Positions 38,869-47,632 of a stretch of DNA of 47,632 bases are shown here, one piece after another (the stretch's first letter is position 1; every line of letters begins with the position of its first letter). Below the pieces are notes generated by a model, which was not told the DNA's origin, did not search any database, and worked only from the letters and a program-made list of their open reading frames with translations. The translations under genes and the position numbers were made by a program. The stretch lies in the sequence record SRR31156797_117. One strand, given 5' to 3'.

Positions 38869-39408
38869 CTACCAGCGACATCTTCCATCCCGATAACCAT
38901 AACCCTGGCCGTCTCCCTGACCATATCCTCTACCGCCACCACGGTGATAACCTTTTCCTCTATTTCCTCGAGGGCCATTTCCACGACCATATTCACCCAT
39001 TCTTGGGCCTTTATTGTGAAGATCAAAGTATGTTTTTTGGTCATCAGTCAACAACTCCCTAACAGCAAAATGATGATGATTGGCAGCTATGGCCATTTTG
39101 GTTTTAATGGCACCCATTTCTTCTAGTTTAGCATCAATTTTACCTTTATCAGGGTTGTCGGCAATTCTTAATTTTTGCATTTCTGCTCTCAATACGCTAA
39201 GGTCAGCTTTAAATGTTTTCATTTCTTTCCAATGCTCAATGCGTAATTTTTCGATTTTACTTTCCTGTTCGTCTGTTAAATCAGGAATTTTGCATTCATA
39301 TCGACCTTTTGGTTCATCTTCATTATTGAAGCGCTGACCTCTTTGTGCGTTTAATGCTGTAAGGGAAGTAATTAGTAATATTCCCATTAATACTGATAGT
39401 TTTTTCAT
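38869..39408 (-). CDS. Spy/CpxP/ZraP-like periplasmic protein
   Basis: Signal peptide; two LTxxQ motifs (LTDEQ, LTDDQ) bracketing a helical core; Gly/Arg-rich tail. Confidence 0.82.
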   Translation of the reverse strand: MKKLSVLMGILLITSLTALNAQRGQRFNNEDEPKGRYECKIPDLTDEQESKIEKLRIEHWKEMKTFKADLSVLRAEMQKLRIADNPDKGKIDAKLEEMGAIKTKMAIAANHHHFAVRELLTDDQKTYFDLHNKGPRMGEYGRGNGPRGNRGKGYHRGGGRGYGQGDGQGYGYRDGRCRW

Positions 39409-39621
39409 GTTATATGATTTTAAAAGTTTATTTGTTACTATGATGAATCATTTTGGTGAAGGTTTAATTTAAAATCACATAAATCATTAATTTTTATTCT
39501 TGGGGCAGAGTAACTTCTAGTTAATCAGCGCGAAAGGAGCTCATAAAATTGCTTTTGGTTTTCGGGTTGTTTGAAATTAAATATAAACTAACTTAGCAAC
39601 AGCAGAAATTTATTAGTAAGA

Positions 39622-41184
39622 ATGTTAAGAAAATCTCAGTTTCTAATAGTATTATACTTTATTTCTATTGCTGCGTTTGGTCAATTATCAGATAGGCAAT
39701 TCATTCAACAAAATTCTGAAAGTTTGAATGATAGCGCTATTACAGACATACCATGGAAACAAAGCTCCATAGTATCTTTTAAAAAAGACACAGCATACCG
39801 GAATTTTATGTTCAGTATTTCAAAAAATGCATTAGTTGAATCAAGAAAAAAGAATTCATTGCTTCTATTGTCACCTGAAATATTATTGAGTTCAAGGTAT
39901 GAGTCTGAAGCGGGAGAAAATTACTTTACCTATGGAGGAGGAGCTCAAATTAATTATGCCATTGGGAATAAGTTTTTGCTAAATGCTAGAATTATCGGAT
40001 TTCAGGAAGATGCGTTAAGTGCTGATTCTGTTAGAGGGGTAAACAATTTAAGTCCGGGTGTTTACTGGAGTAATTATTCGTCGGGAGTTAATAGTGTTTT
40101 TGATATAAGAGCTCGTGTTGCATATAGGCCGTCGAAATATTTTCAATTCGAAACCGGAGTAGATAATAATTTTGTGGGGGATGGATATCATTCTGTTTTA
40201 ATGGGAAATGATGTTGCTCCCTACCCATTTGCTATGGTGTCAACATCATTTTGGAAGATTGATTATAATGTACAATATCATTTCTTAAAAGATGTAGCAT
40301 ATCCTGACCTTGAACAAATGAATAATAAATATATGACGACCCACCAGTTAAATTTTAGAGCTACACCAAAGCTTCATTTTTATGTGTGGGAAGCGGTTGT
40401 TTGGAAACAAGAAGACTCTATTGTTCAGCGAGGCTATGACTTAAGCTATTTAAATCCTGTTATATTTTTTCGCCCTGTTGAGTTTCAACTCGGAAGTCCT
40501 TCTCCTGATAATGTACTTATTGGATTTGGCTTTAGATATCAACCTTTTAGATGGCTTCGGGTTTATGGTCAGGGATTGCTAGATGAGTTTTATTTGAAAG
40601 AAATTCAGGCGCAAGATGGATGGTGGGCCAATAAATTTGCATTTCAATTAGGTGTGAGATCCAGGTTCAATTTAAAAGATCATTCTTTTTCTTTATTAGG
40701 TGAATTTAATATGGCCAGGCCTTTTACCTATACCCACATAAGTTCAATGCAAAATTATGGAACTAAGCTTTATCCGATGGCACATCCATTAGGTGCAAAT
40801 TTTGCCGAATTAGTATTTGTAGGCAAATGGCAATATCGTCAATTTGGAATTAAAATGGTGTTAGCAGCTACTACTGTTGGAACTGATGAGGAGAATATAA
40901 ATTATGGTCAAAACATATATCGCTCTTATACCGATAGAGAATCTGAATATGGTCATTCATGGCTTCAGGGTAACACTCAAAAAAATATTTCTGTTGATGT
41001 TAGGGCAAATTATATAATAAATGAGGCATACCATTTAAAGCTTTCTGTTGGAGCACGCAGCTATCCCGATTATTATGCAACTCCATCAAAAACAAATTCA
41101 ATGACTGAAGTTTATGTAAGACTGGCCACTTATCTGTCTTCAGGAATGAGAGAGCTTTACAAAACCCGACATTTATTTGAATAA
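39622..41184 (+). CDS. Probable outer-membrane beta-barrel protein (RemB/Wzi-like)
   Basis: Signal peptide; NNFVGDGYHSVL, YLNPVIFFRPVE, YGQGLLDEF, RPFTYTH, AHPLGANF. Confidence 0.65.
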   Translation: MLRKSQFLIVLYFISIAAFGQLSDRQFIQQNSESLNDSAITDIPWKQSSIVSFKKDTAYRNFMFSISKNALVESRKKNSLLLLSPEILLSSRYESEAGENYFTYGGGAQINYAIGNKFLLNARIIGFQEDALSADSVRGVNNLSPGVYWSNYSSGVNSVFDIRARVAYRPSKYFQFETGVDNNFVGDGYHSVLMGNDVAPYPFAMVSTSFWKIDYNVQYHFLKDVAYPDLEQMNNKYMTTHQLNFRATPKLHFYVWEAVVWKQEDSIVQRGYDLSYLNPVIFFRPVEFQLGSPSPDNVLIGFGFRYQPFRWLRVYGQGLLDEFYLKEIQAQDGWWANKFAFQLGVRSRFNLKDHSFSLLGEFNMARPFTYTHISSMQNYGTKLYPMAHPLGANFAELVFVGKWQYRQFGIKMVLAATTVGTDEENINYGQNIYRSYTDRESEYGHSWLQGNTQKNISVDVRANYIINEAYHLKLSVGARSYPDYYATPSKTNSMTEVYVRLATYLSSGMRELYKTRHLFE

Positions 41185-41212
41185 AAAAAGGCCTTCACAA
41201 AATTGAAGACCT
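41183..41212 (-). terminator. Intrinsic terminator after the C1 peptidase
   Basis: Minus strand reads AGGTCTTCA-attttg-TGAAGGCCT then a T-run (one G-U pair); lies between convergent genes. Confidence 0.7.
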
Positions 41213-41235
41213 CTTCTGTAAACCGTGAGTTATTA

Positions 41236-42426
41236 TTATAAATTAAGTTTCTTCTTAATATCTTTTGGTAATGCATCTTTATGTACAACGATGCTCATGG
41301 TTTTTAGTTTTATAAAAGGTTTCGATACGTAGAAAAATCCCTTATAAATGTTTTTGTCATCCCATGAGTTTTTCACTTTGTAATATTCGTTTCCGTTTTG
41401 ATCTTTTGAAATACCTACAATGTGCATTCCATGATCATCAGTTGTTTGGTAATTATCAAAACCTTCCTGGCGCATTTCCTGTGTAATATTCTTTTCGGGA
41501 ACAATTTCTTCAAAGCTGTAAAGCATTGACTTGCGCTCTTTCTCAGTCATTTTTTCCCACTTTTCTTTTTCAGATCCAGCTAACTCTTCAACGTCTGTTT
41601 CAGGAATAATAGCAACACCATTTCTCCATGAGAAACCTTTTTCGCTAACATCCGAAGCCCATCCTATTGAATATCCTTCGTTGATGGCATTGTCCATAAC
41701 CTGAATTAACTCATCAATTTTCACATTATAAAATGAAGCCCATGACCAGTTGTCTGGAACCTCAAGAATAAATGGCTCATAAAATGGATGATGTGTATAT
41801 GATGATAAATAAACGTAATCATCTGCATTTAATCCCACAACTTCTTCAGTGAATGATTGCGGAGTATAAGTTTTTCCATTGTATTCAAATTCTTTTGGCT
41901 CTGCTCCAAGGTATGCATCTAAAATGCCTTTTAAACCATCGAACCAAGCTGTGGTAAGCTTGCGGTTTTTGTTTTCGATAACAGCTTCAACATATTCCTT
42001 AAGCACGTTGTCTAATTCTCCATGCACATGATTGTCTTCACCATATTTTAATCCGTCGTAAGCACTTTCAGGTAATAAGCCATATTTTTTCATCACGTCA
42101 AAGGCATCATTCAAGGCACCACCACCACCAAAGTTAAAGTGGCCATGCATTCTAACATGACGCTTTGCTTTATCCTCGTATACCTTGCGTACTACCCACA
42201 TTTCTGAAAGGTCATGTACTTCTCCACCATTTCTGATGATTTCGGATTCAATAAACGACAGCGTTGAATAACTCCAACATGTTCCACTTCGATATTGGTT
42301 TTCAACCTCTCCTGATTTAACTTCTTTTACGGTTGTAAATTCATAACCGTTCTTTTTTTCTTCCTCTTGAGCATAGGTTAAACCAAATGCGAAGATTGCC
42401 GTAAGCAATAATGATATCTTTTTCAT
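41236..42426 (-). CDS. Aminopeptidase C (C1B / bleomycin hydrolase family), exported
   Basis: NQYRSGTCWSYS (catalytic Cys), DDHGMHIVG (His), VKNSW (Asn); signal peptide. Confidence 0.93.
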   Translation of the reverse strand: MKKISLLLTAIFAFGLTYAQEEEKKNGYEFTTVKEVKSGEVENQYRSGTCWSYSTLSFIESEIIRNGGEVHDLSEMWVVRKVYEDKAKRHVRMHGHFNFGGGGALNDAFDVMKKYGLLPESAYDGLKYGEDNHVHGELDNVLKEYVEAVIENKNRKLTTAWFDGLKGILDAYLGAEPKEFEYNGKTYTPQSFTEEVVGLNADDYVYLSSYTHHPFYEPFILEVPDNWSWASFYNVKIDELIQVMDNAINEGYSIGWASDVSEKGFSWRNGVAIIPETDVEELAGSEKEKWEKMTEKERKSMLYSFEEIVPEKNITQEMRQEGFDNYQTTDDHGMHIVGISKDQNGNEYYKVKNSWDDKNIYKGFFYVSKPFIKLKTMSIVVHKDALPKDIKKKLNL

Positions 42427-42673
42427 AGGTAAAAGTTTATATCTGTTTGATTTTCGAAAGTATAAAAAATATTGTCAAAAATAGTGCCTTCGTTACTTTT
42501 GAAGGGCCTCTAAAGCATAAGTTGTTGAAATACAGCGGATAGGGTTTTGTCAAAAATTAGAGTTTTTAAGAAAATTGTATCAAAATCAAATGATAGTGCA
42601 CGCATACGAACAGGTTGTTTTAACTATTGTAGCTTTCGTAGGAATTATTAATTTTAACAAAAAATTAACGCTA

Positions 42674-43198
42674 ATGAAGCGATTGTTTCTGGTAATAGGA
42701 GTTTTTGTTTTTCTTTCGCAACCTTTTAATTTAAGGGCTCAATATTCAAAAGATGGCTATCAGTTTGAGTCAAAAATTAAAGCACCGAGAGTCCGTCGAC
42801 CTATTGCTCATGAGATGATGATGGATCCAAATGAAAAATTTATTGTGGCAAGCTATAGTAGCAGCCCTACTGTTGTCGTTTTATACGAAATGAATAGTTG
42901 GAATACTATAGGTACTTATAACATACCTGGTTGGTTTGATCTTAGTAATAGTTTTGTAGGACCTGAGGGAAAGTTTGTTTACCTTGATTTTGCCAGATAT
43001 TCATCTAAATATCGACGCATAAATTTAGAAACCCAGGTTGTGGATACTATTGAATGCTATGATACACCCAAAGGTTGTGTTCCAAAGGAAGGTGGAGTGC
43101 CGCAAAAAGAGCTTTATACAAAAGATAAAACCTATTATTTCTCTATAAACAAAAAAAATCGCAGAGATATTCTTATATTTAAGCGTCGCGAAGAATAA
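42674..43198 (+). CDS. Hypothetical exported protein
   Basis: ATG at 42674 gives a signal peptide MKRLFLVIGVFVFL...RAQ; track start is TTG at 42575; beta-rich body. Confidence 0.72.
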   Translation: MKRLFLVIGVFVFLSQPFNLRAQYSKDGYQFESKIKAPRVRRPIAHEMMMDPNEKFIVASYSSSPTVVVLYEMNSWNTIGTYNIPGWFDLSNSFVGPEGKFVYLDFARYSSKYRRINLETQVVDTIECYDTPKGCVPKEGGVPQKELYTKDKTYYFSINKKNRRDILIFKRREE

Positions 43199-43212
43199 CT
43201 AAAACATTTATT

Positions 43213-45159
43213 ATGAGGTATTTAATTATTTGGCTGTTCATGCTGTCGAGTATTTCAGTATTTAGCCAGAATAATGTGTTTGAGATAGACCAAAGCAAAA
43301 TGCAAGAGTTATATCCAGATGCACATAAGGTCTTGATTTTTGATTCTATTACTGCTGATGTAAAAGAAACTGGATTAAGTTATGTGACAAGAAAACAGCT
43401 TTTTTATGCAAAAGATGAGGCAGGAGCTGCATCCTTGAATACCATAACTTATGATTATGACCCGCTTTCAGCCTATGTAGAAATAAAAAAGGCGGTAATC
43501 TATAGAGCTAATGGAACGGTCGAAGAGCTTGATCAATCAAAAGTATATGATTATCCGCAACCAGCCCGTATGATTTATTGGGGGGCGCGACGCAAAATGG
43601 TTGAGCCAGGTTATTTAGCGCCAGGCGATGCGGTATATGTTGAATTATTTAGAAAAGGGTTCACTTATGCGCTTCTGCAAAGCGAAAACGATGATGATAA
43701 ATATATACCACCAATGCGTGGACACTATTATGATATAGTAAAGTTTTATGAATCATATCCAATTCATAATAAATTCTTTAAAACTGCGATACCTGCTTCA
43801 AAAGAAGTAAGATACCAGGTTTTTAATGGAGATTTTGAAATAAAAACAGATAGAAATTCAAAGCAGATTTTTACTTTTCAGTTGGGTCAAATAAAACCAA
43901 TCAATCGAGAACCGAATATGGTTGGGATGGATGATGTAATTCCAAAAGTTTTAATTACTACCAGCCCTGATTGGGAAGCCAAATCCGTATGGTTCTATGG
44001 TGTTAATGAGGATTTTGGAAGCTTTGAAAGCACTCCGGAAATAGATGAAAAAGTTGATGAAATTTTAAAGGGTGCTACTTCTGAACAGGACAGTATTGAA
44101 AGATTGACTCATTGGGTAGCAGATGAAATACGTTATTCTGGAATTTCAATGGGTGAAGGAGAAGGTTATACGCTTCACACAGGGGATATGACATTTACAG
44201 ACCGATGTGGTGTGTGTAAAGATAAGGCCGGAATGCTCATTGTAATGCTTCGGGCTGCGGGTTTTGAGTCTTACGCTGCTATGACTATGGCCGGTTCTCG
44301 AATCGAAGATATCCCGGCGGACCAATTTAACCATTCTATTACGGTTGTAAAAAGAAGAAATGGTGAATATGAGCTGCTGGATCCAACATGGGTGCCTTTT
44401 GTGCGTGAATTATGGTCAAGTAGAGAGCAACAACAAAATTATTTAATGGGATTGCCAGATGGTGCAGACCTAATGATTACAGATGTATCTGACGCAAGTA
44501 ACCATTATCTACATATTGATAATAATGCTACAATAGATGAAGTTGGAAATTTAACAGGAATAATTACAATAAAGGCTGAAGGGCAGTCGGATGCTGCTGT
44601 AAGAGGTGTTTTCACTTATTATTATCAGGAGCAATGGAAATCAAATTTAGAAAGAGAACTTCAATCTATTTACCCACAAGCTGAAATTAAAAATATTAGT
44701 TATACAGATCCTTATGGTTATGTTGAGCAGCCTGTTTCAATAACTTACGAGTATGTAATACCTGAATTTGCCATTGTTGATGAAAGTACTTACATATTTA
44801 ACTCGTTAACGAATCAGGGTTTTATGGAGCATAATCGTTTTGGATTAAGTTTACGTAACTCAATGGAAGAACGCAAGTATGATTTTAGAATGAGGTGTTC
44901 CCAGGAGGTGAAAATAAATGAAAAAATCTCCTTTACTGAAAAGATAAAGCAGGTGGTGGCTCCTGAAAAAGTTGAGAAAAAATCTGACGTGGCTTCAATA
45001 AATGCTGGATGGGATAAAAACAAAAAAACGCTGACTTTCGAATTACATAGTAGATTTGAAAAACGGAAATATAAAGCAGAAGAGTGGAATGAAGTGAAAC
45101 CTGTTGTAGATGGTATTAAGCAATTTCAGGCAAAACCAATTCAAGTAATTATAAAATAA
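43213..45159 (+). CDS. DUF3857 plus transglutaminase-like domain protein
   Basis: Signal peptide; WVADEIRY, GVCKDKA (Cys), FNHSI (His), LLDPT (Asp). Confidence 0.9.
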   Translation: MRYLIIWLFMLSSISVFSQNNVFEIDQSKMQELYPDAHKVLIFDSITADVKETGLSYVTRKQLFYAKDEAGAASLNTITYDYDPLSAYVEIKKAVIYRANGTVEELDQSKVYDYPQPARMIYWGARRKMVEPGYLAPGDAVYVELFRKGFTYALLQSENDDDKYIPPMRGHYYDIVKFYESYPIHNKFFKTAIPASKEVRYQVFNGDFEIKTDRNSKQIFTFQLGQIKPINREPNMVGMDDVIPKVLITTSPDWEAKSVWFYGVNEDFGSFESTPEIDEKVDEILKGATSEQDSIERLTHWVADEIRYSGISMGEGEGYTLHTGDMTFTDRCGVCKDKAGMLIVMLRAAGFESYAAMTMAGSRIEDIPADQFNHSITVVKRRNGEYELLDPTWVPFVRELWSSREQQQNYLMGLPDGADLMITDVSDASNHYLHIDNNATIDEVGNLTGIITIKAEGQSDAAVRGVFTYYYQEQWKSNLERELQSIYPQAEIKNISYTDPYGYVEQPVSITYEYVIPEFAIVDESTYIFNSLTNQGFMEHNRFGLSLRNSMEERKYDFRMRCSQEVKINEKISFTEKIKQVVAPEKVEKKSDVASINAGWDKNKKTLTFELHSRFEKRKYKAEEWNEVKPVVDGIKQFQAKPIQVIIK

Positions 45160-45166
45160 GGACATC

Positions 45167-46912
45167 ATGAAATATTTATTCTTAATAATATCAGTTTTGT
45201 TTGTTGTCAATTTAAAAGCACAACAAGCAGATGCTACATACTTGAAAATACATAAAAAATATGTACTTAATGAAGATGGATCATATGATTACACCTACAC
45301 ACATCAATTAAAATATCATTCATATATTTCTTTTCATCGTAAATATGGAGAAACGTTTGTTGTATACGACCCAGATTATCAGAAAGTAGAAGTAAAAGAG
45401 TGTAAAACGACAATGCGCGATGGAAAAGTTGTAAAGTCACCCGATAATGCCTTTAATGAAGTTTTACCTCGCTTTGCAGAGCACTCAGGAGCCTACAATA
45501 ATCTTAGAGAGTTGGTAATAACCCACACAGGATTAGAAAAAGAGGCTTTAGTTGATTTAACTTACACGGTTCATTCTGACACTATCCCTACCGGGTTTTT
45601 GTCGGGTAAAGAGTCTTTAGTATACTCATCTCCTGTAAATGAACTTAAATTGACCTTTGTGGTTCCTGCAAACACTAAATTATCTTTTGCTGGAAATGAA
45701 GGACAAAAAGTGTTTAATGAAAATGATGACCAAAATGTTTATACATTTATTTACAAGGATTTACCAGCAAACATAAAGCAGAAAAGGGCAGGAGGCAGTG
45801 CTGCATATGCTTTATATTTTAACCAAGGTAAACCATTAGAGTCTCAGCTAATATCCCTTATGCATTCTACATTAAAACCGGAAAATTATGATGAAACTTT
45901 TGGCATGGCAGTTAAGGAAAACATGGATGAGGTGCTTAGAATACATAGAAAAATGGTTAAGGAAATGAAAACCATTCATGTACCTCTTTCATTTCAAAAA
46001 CTTCCGGTTCCACCAATTAAAGCGATACAATTAAATAATAGTGGAACTCCAATTGAGAAAGCAATTTTGCTTCGCCAAAAATTATGGGATATTAAAATCG
46101 ATGCCAATATAGCCTTTGAGTTTCCTGTTGAGCAATTCAATAATAAGGTAAGTAACCTGGAAAACATAACGAGTATTTATGTAATGGTGCCAACTGAAAG
46201 TGATCCTTTATTGTTGCCGGTAGATCACATTCCTGCTGCAAACCCCCTTTATACTAATTATGACAAGGTAATTGTTGCTCTGGATAAAGAAGGTAATTTA
46301 TTAAGACAGGCACCACAAATAATGAATTATGGTGAGTTTGCCATGTCCTTAAGTGTGGGAAAAGAATTTTCTGAGATTTCATATGATGGTGTGGCCAACG
46401 GAGTGCTTGCAGGATGGCCTGGAGCAAATTTCGAAACTTCAAAACGAATGACCAACTATGTAAAAGAAATTGAAGATGATATTATAATAGAAAATATTTC
46501 AGCCATTAAAATGAGTGGTCGTTTCCAAAGCGCACATGAACAATATGATAATCTTTTAGAAGTAGAACTACCTGTTTTAAATGCAGGATTTTATCAATTT
46601 ATTAAAGATCACTTGCCTAAAGATCAAAAGTATGTGGTTGATTATGGATTTCCAATTGATGAAACTTATGAATATAAGGTAATTGAAAAAGATGATTGTG
46701 AACTCATTCGTGCACCAAAAGATTATGAAGTAAAAAATGACTTTTTTGAGGTAACCATTTCTAGTAAGGAAGCTAATGGTGAAATAGTCGTTACACAATC
46801 TGTTAATTTAAAATCACCTGTTATTCCGGCGAAGTATTATGAAAAGCTACGCGAGGCAATGATAAATCTAGGTAAAGAAACAGGAAGAAGTTTGCTTTTT
46901 AGATGTAAATAA
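45167..46912 (+). CDS. DUF3857 domain protein with degenerate transglutaminase-like region
   Basis: Signal peptide; YGETFVVYDP, NAFNEVLP, ELVITHTGLE; GTPIEKAILL lacks the catalytic Cys. Confidence 0.8.
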   Translation: MKYLFLIISVLFVVNLKAQQADATYLKIHKKYVLNEDGSYDYTYTHQLKYHSYISFHRKYGETFVVYDPDYQKVEVKECKTTMRDGKVVKSPDNAFNEVLPRFAEHSGAYNNLRELVITHTGLEKEALVDLTYTVHSDTIPTGFLSGKESLVYSSPVNELKLTFVVPANTKLSFAGNEGQKVFNENDDQNVYTFIYKDLPANIKQKRAGGSAAYALYFNQGKPLESQLISLMHSTLKPENYDETFGMAVKENMDEVLRIHRKMVKEMKTIHVPLSFQKLPVPPIKAIQLNNSGTPIEKAILLRQKLWDIKIDANIAFEFPVEQFNNKVSNLENITSIYVMVPTESDPLLLPVDHIPAANPLYTNYDKVIVALDKEGNLLRQAPQIMNYGEFAMSLSVGKEFSEISYDGVANGVLAGWPGANFETSKRMTNYVKEIEDDIIIENISAIKMSGRFQSAHEQYDNLLEVELPVLNAGFYQFIKDHLPKDQKYVVDYGFPIDETYEYKVIEKDDCELIRAPKDYEVKNDFFEVTISSKEANGEIVVTQSVNLKSPVIPAKYYEKLREAMINLGKETGRSLLFRCK

Positions 46913-46926
46913 TAATTAAATATTTG

Positions 46927-46958
46927 AACAGCACAGCGTTATGTTGTGCTGTTTTTTT
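46927..46958 (+). terminator. Intrinsic terminator after the DUF3857 pair
   Basis: AACAGCACAGCG-tta-TGTTGTGCTGTT followed by a T-run. Confidence 0.8.
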
Positions 46959-47507
46959 ATGAGTAATAGTAATGAAATAAGATGTTTTGTCTCGTTGGAC
47001 TTACCACCTGGCATTATCCAACTGGCCAGAAATGTTCAAGCTAATATTCAAAAGCAAAAATTAGTGACAGCTAAATACACCGATCCTCGAAACTTACACC
47101 TTACATTAAAGTTTCTTGGTGAGATTTCTCCTCAGAAAGTAGAGCAGGTAAAACGAATGCTTTCAGAAGTTAATTTTAATCCAACTAATATTCAAATAAG
47201 CGACTTGGGCGTTTTCAGTAGGAAGTATATTCGTATATTATGGTTAAAGGTTGAAGGAGCAAATCACTTACAAAAACAAATTGATAATTCATTAAAGGAG
47301 CTTTTCCCTATAGAAGATCGTTTTATGGGGCATGTTACAATTGCTCGCATTAAAACAGTCTTTAATAAGAATGAATTGTTACAATATCTAGATGAATACA
47401 TCATTGAGCCAGAAAACCTTTTGATTTCGGAATTTAAATTGAAACAATCAATTTTATCTTCAACAGGACCTACCTATAAAACCATTCAAACGTTCAAAAA
47501 AAATTAA
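46959..47507 (+). CDS. thpR: RNA 2',3'-cyclic phosphodiesterase (2H family)
   Basis: RCFVSLDLP, HLTLKFLGE and HVTIAR (two HxT motifs), GPTY. ATG at 46959 preferred because the track start at 46941 lies inside the terminator hairpin. Confidence 0.93.
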   Translation: MSNSNEIRCFVSLDLPPGIIQLARNVQANIQKQKLVTAKYTDPRNLHLTLKFLGEISPQKVEQVKRMLSEVNFNPTNIQISDLGVFSRKYIRILWLKVEGANHLQKQIDNSLKELFPIEDRFMGHVTIARIKTVFNKNELLQYLDEYIIEPENLLISEFKLKQSILSSTGPTYKTIQTFKKN

Positions 47508-47580
47508 CAATCGTAACTGCCTGTTTGTTTGGTGCTTGCGGTACTCCAAAAACATTTTATTAACATTTATCGCAAATAAG

Positions 47581-47612
47581 TTTGGAATATAAAAAAAGAT
47601 CTTCTACTTTTG
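47581..47612 (+). promoter_or_regulatory. Consensus Bacteroidota primary-sigma promoter pointing out of the window
   Basis: TTTG (47581-47584), 20-nt spacer, TACTTTTG (47605-47612), then GC-rich CAGCCGC. Confidence 0.8.
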
Positions 47613-47632
47613 CAGCCGCTTTGATAGAAAAA

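Noticed and set aside
39500-39600. Possible small RNA in the divergent gap (GCGAAAG-containing stretch)
   Set aside because: No convincing stem or terminator; more simply promoter DNA.

Overview
AT-rich Bacteroidota chromosome segment (TAnnTTTG promoters, a T9SS C-terminal domain, Bacteroidota-type DUF genes) carrying mostly core genes. It appears to span the replication-origin region. All genes from 1 to 16897 are on the minus strand, including a tightly packed ~14 kb run nadA-MORN protein-flippase-dut-TPR-DUF4292-envC-DUF4175-RsbW-like-ybeY-mnmG that ends at two parS palindromes (2927-2983). A 559-bp AT-rich gap (16898-17456) between divergent nadA and rpiB holds many DnaA-box-like 9-mers and a box-box-trio arrangement, making it an oriC candidate; dnaA is not in the window. 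The adenine deaminase gene is flanked by six REP-doublet-like units, three of which carry a precise 24-nt copy of the same repeat family nested inside. The right half is mixed-strand housekeeping and envelope genes, including a flippase plus DUF2723 (TMEM260-like) pair and an active/degenerate DUF3857-transglutaminase pair. The window ends in a strong stable-RNA-type promoter. No transposase, phage gene, CRISPR array, tRNA or rRNA was recognised. All product calls come from motif and family recognition by eye; no searches were run.
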